A stretch of DNA of 64,000 bases from assembly GCA_044229975.1 (NCBI GenBank), contig JBGARZ010000004.1, forward strand, positions 480,001-544,000, read 5' to 3'. The DNA is from Polyangiales bacterium. GTDB taxonomy: Bacteria > Myxococcota_A > Polyangia > Polyangiales > Ga0077539. The notes under the pieces are model-generated. The model was not told where the DNA came from and searched no databases. It saw only the letters and a list, made by a program, of their open reading frames with translations. Every line of letters begins with the position of its first letter. The stretch's first letter is position 1. Of this stretch, positions 9,097-18,173 are shown in pieces. The position numbers and the translations under genes were made by a program.

Positions 9097-9900
9097 GTGC
9101 GCGCCGCGCTCCCGTGGGCGCTCGCGCTCGGCTGCGTCTCCGTCCCTCGCTCGGCACCACATCGCGCGCCCGTCGACCCGTGTGACGCGCCCATCGTCGC
9201 GCCGTCGCCCGCGCTCGGTCTCGCGGTGTTTTATCGCAAGCACCTCGATGCGCGCGGGGTTCCGGTGGTGTCGTCCGGCGTCGCGTCCGATGCGTCGCTG
9301 CGCGCGGCGTGTCGCATCGTCGTACGGATGGTCGGCGCGCGTGACGACGTCCGCGCCCGCATGATCGCCGCGGGCGCGAGGGTGACGGTGATGGCGCGGA
9401 CGGAGGTCACCACGGATGTTCCCGAGCACGCCTTCCTCGCGAGCGACACCGAGACCAATTGGAACACCCGCGCCCGCGGACTCGGCGGCACCGTGTCGGT
9501 CCCCACGACGTCGTGCGCGGAGGAGAACCTGCTGTGCCTCCCGGGCGACCGCTATCACGGCGAGAACATCCTGGTGCATGAGCTCGCGCACGGCGTGTTC
9601 AACCTGGGGCTCGACGCGGGCTTTCGCGCGCGAGTGGAGGCGGCCTTCAACGCCGCACGCGCCGCTGGTCGGTGGGAGCGCACCTACGCCGCGACCAACG
9701 CCGACGAGTACTTCGCCGAAGGGACGCAGAGCTACTTCGACACCAACCGCGAGTCCGTCCCGACCAACGGAATCCACAACGAGGTGGACACCCGCGCCGA
9801 GCTGCTCGCGTACGACCCGGCGCTGCACGCGCTCGTGGCGGAGGTGTTTCCGGGGGTCGACTGGTCGCCGCGCTGCCCTTCGGAGCAACCATCGCAGTGA
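9097..9900 (+). CDS. Lipoprotein zinc metallopeptidase (HExxH)
   Basis: LALGC lipobox; ILVHELAHG and downstream YAATNADEYFAEG. Confidence 0.8.
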   Translation: MRAALPWALALGCVSVPRSAPHRAPVDPCDAPIVAPSPALGLAVFYRKHLDARGVPVVSSGVASDASLRAACRIVVRMVGARDDVRARMIAAGARVTVMARTEVTTDVPEHAFLASDTETNWNTRARGLGGTVSVPTTSCAEENLLCLPGDRYHGENILVHELAHGVFNLGLDAGFRARVEAAFNAARAAGRWERTYAATNADEYFAEGTQSYFDTNRESVPTNGIHNEVDTRAELLAYDPALHALVAEVFPGVDWSPRCPSEQPSQ

Positions 9901-9943
9901 CGACACCGCCAGAGAGCGCGTCGCGGTAGGGTGCGCGCCGCCC

Positions 9944-10651
9944 ATGGACAACGACCGCGTCGACCTCGTGTTGCAGTACGTCCTCGCCGCCGCGGGGGAG
10001 CGCGACGGGGGAGAGCGCGAGGTCACCGCCACGCAGCTCGTGAAGTACGCCTACCTCGCCGACGTCGCCCACGCCGAACGCAACGACGGCGCGACCTTCA
10101 CCGGCGCCGCGTGGGCGTTCGTCGGTCAGGGCCCGCAGGCGCCCGAACTCGAAGCCCGCATCGCCCCGCTCGCGCGTCGCATCGGCGCCTCCACCCGCGG
10201 CTCGTACTACTTCCTCGACCGCGACGAGCTCGGTCATCGCCGCGCTGCGACGCAAGCCCTGCCCGCCGTCATCATCAACACATTGCTGCGCGCGCTGCGG
10301 AGCTTCTCCCACGACACCAACGCCCTCCTCGCGCAGGTCTACGCCACCGCGCCGATGCGCCGCGCAGTGCCCGGTGCGGCCATCGACTTCACGCCCGCTG
10401 CGGTCGTTGCCACCGCGCCACAAGCGCCGCTCGCTGCGCTCTCTCCGAAGACACGCGCTGCCCTCAAGGCGCGCCGTCGACCCACCGCCGCGGCTGTGGT
10501 CAGCCCCGCGTACGACCCGCGCTACGACGATGCGTGCTTCGTGGCGGGACAGCGGATGCTCGACGCGCCGGAGCGCGCGCTCATCGAGATGAAGGGGTCG
10601 CTCACCATCGATCCGGCGGTGTGGGAAGCGCCCGGGAGGGTCGGGCCGTGA
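9944..10651 (+). CDS. Panacea (DUF4065/SocA-like) domain antitoxin
   Basis: Start re-called at ATG 9944: MDNDRVDLVLQYVL...TQLVKYAYLADVAHAERNDGATFTGAAWAFVGQGPQAPEL, matching the Panacea LxKxxYxAD...W....GP pattern. Confidence 0.75.
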   Translation: MDNDRVDLVLQYVLAAAGERDGGEREVTATQLVKYAYLADVAHAERNDGATFTGAAWAFVGQGPQAPELEARIAPLARRIGASTRGSYYFLDRDELGHRRAATQALPAVIINTLLRALRSFSHDTNALLAQVYATAPMRRAVPGAAIDFTPAAVVATAPQAPLAALSPKTRAALKARRRPTAAAVVSPAYDPRYDDACFVAGQRMLDAPERALIEMKGSLTIDPAVWEAPGRVGP

Positions 10652-11325
10652 GCTACCCCGACGACTCCATCCAGTCGCTCGTCTCGCCGTGGTGGACCAC
10701 GACGCAGTCCACCACGCTGGCGCGAGGGAGGCTGGTGCATGCGTTCGTGCAGCGCGCGGACGCCCACTCGTTTGCGCTCACCGTGGAGGGGAAGAAGGAG
10801 CCGGCCGACCCGTCGAGCGCCCGCATGCGCCTCTCGCCGCTGCGCGCGGATGCGCCGCCGAAGCCGCCCGCGCCGCCGTCACCCGCGCTCCCGCTGGAGG
10901 CCAACGAGGCGTGGTGCGTTCGTCGCGCGCACTGGCGGCCGTGCCTCGTGGTGAGCGTGACGGGGCCGGCGGTTCATCGGCCGCTGCGGACGGCGGAGCG
11001 CGAGACGCCGGTGGGGCCGGCGCTGCTGCTGGCGCCGTATGACGATGTGGCTGGGCTCGATGCGGGCTTCGTCGCGCGAGCCCGCCGGGCGGAGTACCCG
11101 CACTGCATGTGGGACCGGCTGCCCTCCGCGGGCGAGAAGGAGGTGGTGCTGCGGCTCGACCAGATGCAGCCCATCGGGCGCGACCCGTTGGGCTTCGAGT
11201 GGACCGACCACGCGCTCTCCCCCGCCGCCCTCACCGTGCTCGACGCCTGGCTCGCCTGGAACCTCACGGGCGCGCTCGCGCCGGGTGATCTGCGCGACTT
11301 CCGCGACCTCGCCCGCGAGGGGTGA
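10648..11325 (+). CDS. Putative toxin with PemK/MazF-like motifs
   Basis: GTG 10648 overlaps upstream TGA (GTGA); RGRLV, WRPCLVVS, ALLLAPY, VVLRLDQMQPIG and LSPAALTVLDAWL follow the order of PemK/MazF motifs. Confidence 0.6.
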   Translation: MSYPDDSIQSLVSPWWTTTQSTTLARGRLVHAFVQRADAHSFALTVEGKKEPADPSSARMRLSPLRADAPPKPPAPPSPALPLEANEAWCVRRAHWRPCLVVSVTGPAVHRPLRTAERETPVGPALLLAPYDDVAGLDAGFVARARRAEYPHCMWDRLPSAGEKEVVLRLDQMQPIGRDPLGFEWTDHALSPAALTVLDAWLAWNLTGALAPGDLRDFRDLAREG

Positions 11326-11354
11326 GCGCGAAGTCAGGCGCGTCCTATGTTGCA

Positions 11355-12190
11355 GCGTCAGCGCGACGCGCAACGGTCGGGTCCGCAGTCCCCGGGGCCC
11401 ACGCCGCGGCGTCAGCGCGGCGCGCAACGGTCAGGTCCGCAGTCCCCGGGGCCCACGCCGCGGCGTCAGCGCGGCGCGCAATGGTCGGGTCCGCAGTCCC
11501 CGGGGCCCACGCCGCGGCGTCAGCGCGGCGCGCAATGGTCACGTTTGCAGGCTGGAGTTCGGAGTACGCGATGGCGTCGGGGGAGAGCGCCCACTGCGCG
11601 GTTGGGTGTGGCCCGCGGGCGGGCCTGCAACCGCTGAAGTGGGAGCCTGGAGCTGGGCGTCCCGCCGTCGCGGGACTTCCTGCATGCGCGCCGGTCGCTC
11701 GCGCGACCGTCGGGAGGTGTTCGACCGTCGCGATTGAACTCGTGGTGACGGTGAGCGCCTTGTCCCGCCCCTCCGAGCAGGCACCTACGCTCCACCCGTC
11801 GAGCGCAGCGCGCTCGGCGCTCCGACAGGAAGTCCCGCGACGGCGGGACGCCCAACTCCAGGCTCCCACTTCAGCGGTTGCAGGCCCGCCCGCGGGCCAC
11901 ACCCAACCGCGCAGTGGGCGCTCTCCCCCGACGCCATCACGTACTCCGAATCCCAGTTTGCAAGCGACGGCCGATGGGCGTTGATGTCCCCGCCGTCCGG
12001 ACGGTAACTGCGGGCCTGACCGTTGCGCGCCGCGCTGACGCTGCGGCGTGGGCCCCGGGGACTGCGGGCCTGACCGTTGCGCGCCGCGCTGACGCCGCGG
12101 CGTGGGTCCGGGGACTGCGGACCCGACCGTTGCGCGCCGCGCTGACGCTGCGGCGTAGGCCCCGGGGACTCCGATTCTGACCGTTGCGCG
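11355..12190. repeat. ~835-bp composite palindromic element: 54-bp tandem repeats + ~138-bp arm + spacer + inverted arm + inverted 54-bp tandem repeats
   Basis: Units start at 11355, 11409, 11463, 11517 (partial); arm ~11544-11682 is the reverse complement of ~11826-11964; inverted units start ~12007, 12061, 12114, 12168 (partial). Confidence 0.9.
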
Positions 12191-12217
12191 ATGTCGCAGA
12201 CCCGATCGGTCACCGCG

Positions 12218-12907
12218 CTAAGACACCATCAGCCCCGGTCGGAGCGCCTTGATGCGCTTGCGCTCCGCGGCCGAGACCTGCGTCTTGGCGACGATGAGCA
12301 ACTGCAACCCCGGCGCGAGCACCAGCGCGTCAGGGATGCTCGTGATCGGGTTGTCGGCCAGCGACACCGTGATGAGCCCCGGCATCTCGCCGAGCACCTC
12401 AGGAACCGTCGTCAGCCCGCACATCGTCAGGAAGACCTGCCGCAGCGAGGTGAGCTGACGGAGCCCGTCGAGGTGCTCCACCATCCCGGGGTTGCTGTTG
12501 ATGGCGAGCACCGACAGCCGCGGGCACCGCGCCAGCAGCGCGAAGGCTCGCGGCCAATCGAGCGCCGTCGTCCCGCTGAGGTGGAGGGACGTCATCGGAC
12601 TCTGCGCGAGCCCCTCGGGGAGCGTTCGCAAGGGTGTGTTGTCGAGCAGGAGGCGGTCGAGCGCGGGCAGTGTGCCGAGGGCGTCGGGCAGCGTCTCCAG
12701 GGGATTGTCGCCGACGTAGAGGGAGGTCAGCGCCGTGAGCTCGCCGATCCAGTCGGGGAGCGTGCGGAGCTGGTTTTTCTGGAGCCCGAGGTGCGTGAGA
12801 TCGGTGCGCGCGCGAATCGCCTCGGGGACGGCCGCGAGCTTGCGCGACGTCAGGATGAGCTGCACGCCGGGGCCATCGATCAGCGCCTTGATGGTCGGTC
12901 GTCCCAC
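12218..12907 (-). CDS. Leucine-rich repeat protein
   Basis: LxxLxLxxNxLxxLP repeats (LGLQKNQLRTLPDWIG, LYVGDNPLETLP, LLLDNTPLRTLP); probable GTG start at 12907. Confidence 0.85.
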   Translation of the reverse strand: MGRPTIKALIDGPGVQLILTSRKLAAVPEAIRARTDLTHLGLQKNQLRTLPDWIGELTALTSLYVGDNPLETLPDALGTLPALDRLLLDNTPLRTLPEGLAQSPMTSLHLSGTTALDWPRAFALLARCPRLSVLAINSNPGMVEHLDGLRQLTSLRQVFLTMCGLTTVPEVLGEMPGLITVSLADNPITSIPDALVLAPGLQLLIVAKTQVSAAERKRIKALRPGLMVS

Positions 12908-13025
12908 GCGATCATGGGGCCACGATTGCGCGCGCCGTGACAACACCGCGCGACACTCGACGACCACACCCGCGCGCCCGCACACTCCCGCTCGGATCGA
13001 TGGTCGAGCAGTGGGTTCCACGCGA

Positions 13026-13607
13026 ATGAAGAAGAAGCGATCGCCACCACCGCAGCCTTCGCCCGCTCCCGCGGCCGCGGCTCCGAAGGCGACGCCGGGC
13101 GACTGGGCGCGCCTCGCCGTCGCGATGGGCATCCTCGTGTACGGGCCGCAGTTCGCGATGATGGCGATCGTCGACGGCCTCACGCCGCACGCCTTCACCG
13201 GGTGGTTTCTGCACCTGGTGTTCACCGTGCCGATGACCGCGGTCGTGGCGCTGGTGCTGTGGCCGCCGGCGTGGCTCGTCGTGCGGCGCTCGATGACGGC
13301 GCCGATGGCGCAGATCTTCGCGGTGATGTTCACGCCCTTCGTGGCGTGGCAGGTGGTCGGCTACCTGGATGTCGCCTTCGACCGCGACCCGGGTCGGCGC
13401 GTGGAGGTCCGCTACCTCCGCTACGTGCGGCCTCACAAGGGGTCGAACTACGACGTCATCGCCCACTGGGACAGCCCCGGCGACACCGTCGACCTGAAGG
13501 GATTCGGGGCTCTGGAGGGCGAGCGACGACCCGGCGCGACGGTGTCGCTGACGGTGCACCGCGGCTGGCTGGGCATGGAGTGGGTCGGGCCCAGCGCGCG
13601 GCGCTGA
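13026..13607 (+). CDS. Hypothetical membrane protein
   Basis: ATG 13026 (MKKKRSP); about 3 hydrophobic segments and a C-terminal soluble part. Confidence 0.65.
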   Translation: MKKKRSPPPQPSPAPAAAAPKATPGDWARLAVAMGILVYGPQFAMMAIVDGLTPHAFTGWFLHLVFTVPMTAVVALVLWPPAWLVVRRSMTAPMAQIFAVMFTPFVAWQVVGYLDVAFDRDPGRRVEVRYLRYVRPHKGSNYDVIAHWDSPGDTVDLKGFGALEGERRPGATVSLTVHRGWLGMEWVGPSARR

Positions 13608-13616
13608 GGGTACGCC

Positions 13617-14567
13617 TCACCCCACCACGAAGGTGTCCCCGTCGTTGGCGACGACGACGCCCCGCTCTTCCACCTGCCAGCGCTCCGGGCTGTCGGCGCG
13701 AAGCACCGGGTTGCTGTTGTTGATGTGCACCAGCGCCTTCCGCGGGCCCACCACCGTCTCCAGAAACGCCAGCAACCCACCTTCACCCGTGAGCGGCGCG
13801 TGGCCCATCATCCGCGCGGTCTTCTTCGACGCGCCCGTCGCCACCAGTTCGTCGTCGGTGAAGAACGTCCCGTCGATCAACACCAGCCCCGCGTGCGACA
13901 GCCGCTCGCGCAGCGCCCCGTCGAGCTCGCGCACGCCCGGCACGTACGCCACCGTCGGGACGCCTTCGCCCGTCGACAGCTCGAAGCCCACCGTGTCGCC
14001 CGCGTGCAGGTCGGCCGCCTCGTCGGCGCTCAGGTGCCCCAGCATGTACGGCGGCGGCTTACTCGCCACCGTAAACGCCCGCAGCCGGACGCCGATGTCG
14101 TCGCCCGCGCGGTCGCGGATCACCAGCGGCTCCTCGGCACCCGGCACGACGGGTCGCACCGTCACCGCGCCGTAGGCCGACAGCGCCGGCAACACGCCGA
14201 GCCCGACGGTGAGCGCCCGCTCCACGCGGGCGGTGCAGTACACCGGCGGCGCTCCGCCTTCGCGGAGGATGAGCAGCCCGGTGGCGTGGTCGATGTCGGC
14301 GTTGGTGAGGGCCACCGCGGCGACGGGGCTGTGGCGCAGCGCGCGGGGGTGCAGCGCGGGCGTCTGCGTGAGCTGCGTGCGGACGTCGGGCGAGGCGTTG
14401 CAGAGCAGCCAGCGCTCGCCGTCGGCGGACACCGCGATGGACGACTGGCTCCGCGCCGGGACCATCGGGTCTGCCCAGCGCGCGGCGGCGCAGTTGGGGC
14501 AGTTGCAGTTCCATTGGGGGAGACCGCCCCCGGCGGATGAACCGAGGACGATGACGGTCAGCGGCAT
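13617..14567 (-). CDS. pqqB: Coenzyme PQQ synthesis protein B
   Basis: VLGSSAGGGLPQWNCNCPNC, RSQSSIAVS, NASPD, LTNADIDH..GL..LRE, MGH, HINNSNP. Confidence 0.95.
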   Translation of the reverse strand: MPLTVIVLGSSAGGGLPQWNCNCPNCAAARWADPMVPARSQSSIAVSADGERWLLCNASPDVRTQLTQTPALHPRALRHSPVAAVALTNADIDHATGLLILREGGAPPVYCTARVERALTVGLGVLPALSAYGAVTVRPVVPGAEEPLVIRDRAGDDIGVRLRAFTVASKPPPYMLGHLSADEAADLHAGDTVGFELSTGEGVPTVAYVPGVRELDGALRERLSHAGLVLIDGTFFTDDELVATGASKKTARMMGHAPLTGEGGLLAFLETVVGPRKALVHINNSNPVLRADSPERWQVEERGVVVANDGDTFVVG

Positions 14568-14617
14568 GGGAGGGGGTCGAGCTTACAGGGAGAGGTAAGT
14601 CGAGGGAGCGGAGGCGA

Positions 14618-14755
14618 CTACTTCGCCTGGAAGGCGTAGGCGCCGATCTCGGCGCAGGCGGAGAGCTCGACGAAGTCCGGGCGCTGCCACGGGCGGCGGG
14701 CGGCGCGGGCGTTGTCCTGGGTGCGCGGGGCGGTCTCGCGGGTCTTGGTGTTCAT
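14618..14755 (-). CDS. pqqA: PQQ precursor peptide (45 aa, N-terminally extended)
   Basis: MNTKTRETAPRTQDNARAARRPWQRPDFVELSACAEIGAYAFQAK: WxxP and ExxxY motifs; 50 bp upstream of pqqB; GGAG upstream of ATG. Confidence 0.85.
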   Translation of the reverse strand: MNTKTRETAPRTQDNARAARRPWQRPDFVELSACAEIGAYAFQAK

Positions 14756-14874
14756 CGTCGGTGGACTCCGTCGGGGAAGGACGTTGATGCGGTGTGCCGG
14801 AGGATTCGTACCGACCAGCGCGCGAGGGGTCAAGCCGCGGGACGACCTCCGCGGCGTGGAGTAAGACCGGGGAC

Positions 14875-15168
14875 ATGGAGACGCCTACGCCCGCCACGCC
14901 TCGTCGCGGATGGTTCTGGACCATCCTCAAGTGCCTCATCCTCATGGCCGTGCTGGGGGCGGCGGGCGCGCTGGCGCTGCACCTGCTGCTGGAGAAGGTG
15001 GTGCCGCCGTGGTTCGTCCCGAAGGCGGTGTTCGAGTGGCTGATGGAGAACGTGCGGCCCTACGCCCTCGCGCTGGGCGCGGCGATCGGCGGGTTCGTGG
15101 GCTTCCTCGGGAGCATCGGGGTGGTGATCTGGGACGCCCGCAAGGGGCGGCTCACCCGCGTGCGGTGA
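14875..15168 (+). CDS. Small two-TM membrane protein
   Basis: METPTP...WFWTILKCLILMAVLGAAGALAL and a second hydrophobic helix. Confidence 0.65.
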   Translation: METPTPATPRRGWFWTILKCLILMAVLGAAGALALHLLLEKVVPPWFVPKAVFEWLMENVRPYALALGAAIGGFVGFLGSIGVVIWDARKGRLTRVR

Positions 15169-15246
15169 CTTGCGCCGGGGTGCTCCTTCCCTGATAAGGG
15201 CGCCGCGCGGCCACCGGGCGGTTCGCGGCACGAAGGAGCGATTGCC

Positions 15247-15891
15247 ATGAAGTTCTTCATCGACACGGCCGACATGAAGGAGATCCGCGACGCGGCGGCG
15301 ATGGGCGTCATCGACGGCGTGACGACCAACCCCTCGCTCGTCGCCAAGAGCGGGCGGAAGTACCTCGACGTGGTGAAGGAGATCTGCGAGGTCGTCGACG
15401 GCCCCATCTCCGCCGAGGTGCTCTCCACCGACTACGCCGGGATGATGGCCGAGGCCCACGACTGGGTGAAGGTCCACAAGAACGTCGTGGTGAAGCTCCC
15501 GCTCACCCTCGACGGCCTGCGCGCGACCAAGACCTGCACGGGCGAGGGCATCAAGACCAACGTCACGCTGTGCTTCTCGGCCAACCAGGCGCTCATCGCG
15601 GCCAAGGCCGGCGCGACGTACATCTCGCCCTTCGTCGGCCGCCTCGACGACATCTCCGAGGACGGCATGTCCCTCATCGGCGACATCGTCACCATCTACC
15701 AGAACTACGATTTCCAGACGCAGGTGCTGGTCGCCTCGGTGCGCCACCCGATCCACGTCTCGCAGGCCGCCCTGCTCGGCGCCGACGTGTGCACCATCCC
15801 GTACAAGGTCATCGAGCAGCTCGCCAAGCACCCGCTCACCGACGCCGGCCTCGCGAAGTTCGTCGAGGACTCCAAGAAGATCCCGCGCTGA
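15247..15891 (+). CDS. tal: Transaldolase (small, Fsa/TalC type)
   Basis: [48 protein letters not shown] upstream. Confidence 0.93.
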   Translation: MKFFIDTADMKEIRDAAAMGVIDGVTTNPSLVAKSGRKYLDVVKEICEVVDGPISAEVLSTDYAGMMAEAHDWVKVHKNVVVKLPLTLDGLRATKTCTGEGIKTNVTLCFSANQALIAAKAGATYISPFVGRLDDISEDGMSLIGDIVTIYQNYDFQTQVLVASVRHPIHVSQAALLGADVCTIPYKVIEQLAKHPLTDAGLAKFVEDSKKIPR

Positions 15892-15975
15892 CTTCTGGCG
15901 GGTGCCATAGGCCGCTGGCGCCGACGCGCCCGCCCGTCGTGGTTTTCGGAGAGCCTTGGGCTACGGTCACCGTCG

Positions 15976-16791
15976 ATGCGACGACAGCGCCGTTTCGTCG
16001 GCCCGCCAACGATCGTGATGGCCCTCCTGCTCGCGCTCGGCGGGTGTGCTCCGTCGGTCGTTGCTCCGCCGCCGCGGGCTCCTCGCGCCCACGCCCGTCG
16101 CTCGACGGCGCGTCGTCGACCGGTCGCCGCGACGGTGGTCGCTCCGGTTGCGGTGACGCCCGCAACACCCGCGCTGCCGGCGCCCGTGGGGTCGGGTGGG
16201 GCACCCGTCGAGGCGCCCTCGGAGACCGCCGATCTTCCCGCGGTGGCAGCAGTGCGCGATGCGTTGGAGCGGGCGGCGCGGTGTGTTCCGCCGGGGGAGG
16301 GTGCGCGGGTCGAGGGCGGGGTCGACGCGTCGAGCGGACGGGTCGTGCTGGCGCGAGCACCCGATGGAACGCCCACGGCAGAGGCGTGCGCGAGCGATGC
16401 AATGGAAGAGGTGCGGGTGGATGCGCCGCTCGACGTGCGGGTGGACTTCGCCGCGACGGTGTCGGCGCCAGCACCGAGGGCGGGTCACGTCGATGCCGAC
16501 GGACTGCGCGCTGCGACGGCAGCGAGGGCGGGCGCGGTGCGCGGTTGCTACGAGCGCGAGCTGGCGCACGAACGCACGCTCGCGGGTCACGTGGAGGTAC
16601 ACCTCGCGGTCGATGCGAGCGGGGTTGTGTCGCGGCGGGTGGTGGTCGCTCCGGCGCGCTTCGGTGCGTTCGGGCGCTGCATGCTGGGCGCCCTCGACGG
16701 GCTGTCGCTTCCCGCTCCGACTGGAGGCGCGGCGGAGGTGATGCTGCCGTTCGCGTTCAGTCCGGGCGACGAGGAGCGGGTGGAGGAGTGA
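15976..16791 (+). CDS. Lipoprotein with AgmX/PglI-like (TonB-C-like) C-terminal domain
   Basis: LALGGC lipobox; AVRGCYERELAHERTLAGHVEVHLAVDASGVV...RCM...LSLPAP...VMLPFAF. Confidence 0.7.
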   Translation: MRRQRRFVGPPTIVMALLLALGGCAPSVVAPPPRAPRAHARRSTARRRPVAATVVAPVAVTPATPALPAPVGSGGAPVEAPSETADLPAVAAVRDALERAARCVPPGEGARVEGGVDASSGRVVLARAPDGTPTAEACASDAMEEVRVDAPLDVRVDFAATVSAPAPRAGHVDADGLRAATAARAGAVRGCYERELAHERTLAGHVEVHLAVDASGVVSRRVVVAPARFGAFGRCMLGALDGLSLPAPTGGAAEVMLPFAFSPGDEERVEE

Positions 16792-16803
16792 GCCTCGCGC
16801 GGG

Positions 16804-17796
16804 TCAATCAGTCGTCGCGTGAAACCACGCGGTGATGCCCGGCGGGTCGAGCGCTCCGAGCTCGTCGTCCACGGCCTCGGCGCCGTCGCGCTCGATCGCC
16901 GCGCGGATCCGCCGCTGCTCCGACGCATCGAGAGGGCGCTTCAATCGACGCTCGATCTGGCGTGTGAGCAGCACTGCCGCTCCCGCTACGTGACCCTCGG
17001 CTCTCCCCTCGGCTCTCCCCTCGGCTCGCCCCTGTTCACGAGCGGTGAGGTTCATGCGGCGCACCTGATCGACCTCTTCACGTGCTCGCAGGTAGGCGTC
17101 CTGCTCGGCGAGGGTCCAGCGGGCGGTCTCGGCGAGCTCCAGCGCGCGCCGCTGGGCGGGGTTGATCTCCCGCGAGCGCTCGACGTCGTCGCGCTTGAGG
17201 TATGGCCCCACGCGGAAGAGCGACGCCCACCAGTCGACCGCCGTGACGGGGGCGCGCTCGCCCAGCTTCGGGAGTTCGAGGAAGACGTACTGCACCTGTC
17301 CGAGCGCCTCCGCGCCCTCCGACTCGCGCATGCGCCACCGCGAGCACAGCGGAACCACCGGCGCCCCGCGCGCCCGCTGCTCGGCGTCGGGCCACAGCTC
17401 GAAGTCGCAGATGCTCACCGCCACGACGTCGATGAGCTCACCGTAGGCCGCCGACTCGGCGAGGCCGCCGACGTACGCCTTGCAGGCGTTGTAGACCACG
17501 CGGTTGAGGAAGCCCGTCACGGGCAGCACCTGCATCTCGACGACGAAGCGCTCGCCCCCCGCGCTCTCGCAGCGCACATCGAGGATCGACAGCTTCGCCC
17601 CGGGCACCACCGGCGCCAGCTCGCGCGGCAGGTACTGGAGCGTCGCGATGGCCCGCTCGCCCTCGCGCCCGAGCAGGTCGTTGAGCAGGCCCGTCAGCGC
17701 GACCTCGTCGTGGCCGAACACCTTCTGGAACGCGTAGTCCGTCTTCAGGTCGGCGTAGGTCACGGCGACGAACACCCTACCACCGGGCGCCTTCAT
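16804..17796 (-). CDS. Rpn family recombination-promoting nuclease / PD-(D/E)XK putative transposase
   Basis: DYAFQKVFG, SILDVRCES..GERFVVEMQ, R..Y, YVFLELPK, C-terminal EGRAEGRAEG repeats. Confidence 0.9.
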   Translation of the reverse strand: MKAPGGRVFVAVTYADLKTDYAFQKVFGHDEVALTGLLNDLLGREGERAIATLQYLPRELAPVVPGAKLSILDVRCESAGGERFVVEMQVLPVTGFLNRVVYNACKAYVGGLAESAAYGELIDVVAVSICDFELWPDAEQRARGAPVVPLCSRWRMRESEGAEALGQVQYVFLELPKLGERAPVTAVDWWASLFRVGPYLKRDDVERSREINPAQRRALELAETARWTLAEQDAYLRAREEVDQVRRMNLTAREQGRAEGRAEGRAEGHVAGAAVLLTRQIERRLKRPLDASEQRRIRAAIERDGAEAVDDELGALDPPGITAWFHATTD

Positions 17797-17828
17797 CGGC
17801 GTGGTGGTGCTACTCCAGCGCGCACCGC

Positions 17829-18164
17829 ATGAGTTCGATCGTCGACCGCGTCCGCAAGCTCATCGCCCTCGCGGGCTCCCCCAACGAGCACGAGAGTCGC
17901 AGCGCGGCGGTGATGGCGTGCCGTCTCATCCGCGAGCACGGGCTGCACGTCGAAGACCGCTCGCCGCAGGCGCACCGCCACGAGCACCGCGCCGCCGAGC
18001 CCCCGCGCCGCCGCACGCGCGGCCCGTACACGCGCACCCGTTCGGCCCGCGGCGCGCCCCACTGCCGCGAGTGCTCCGAGGTCATCGGCGACGACGAGGC
18101 CTTCCTCGACGCCGACGGCGCGCCCGTCCACGGCGACTGTATTCCCCGCGGCGAGCGGCCCTGA
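17829..18164 (+). CDS. DUF2786-like N-terminal domain protein with C-terminal Cys/His motif
   Basis: IVDRVRKLIALAGSPNEHESRSAAVMACRLIREHGL; CxxC...HxxC at the C-terminus. Confidence 0.65.
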   Translation: MSSIVDRVRKLIALAGSPNEHESRSAAVMACRLIREHGLHVEDRSPQAHRHEHRAAEPPRRRTRGPYTRTRSARGAPHCRECSEVIGDDEAFLDADGAPVHGDCIPRGERP

Positions 18165-18173
18165 CCGCGCTCG

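Noticed and set aside
11355..11541. 54-bp repeats as a CRISPR array, and ORFs across 11322-12213
   Set aside because: No variable spacers; the ORFs are translations of the repeats on both strands
16804..17796. Insertion sequence around the Rpn 'transposase'
   Set aside because: No terminal inverted repeats or target duplications seen; Rpn proteins are not established IS transposases
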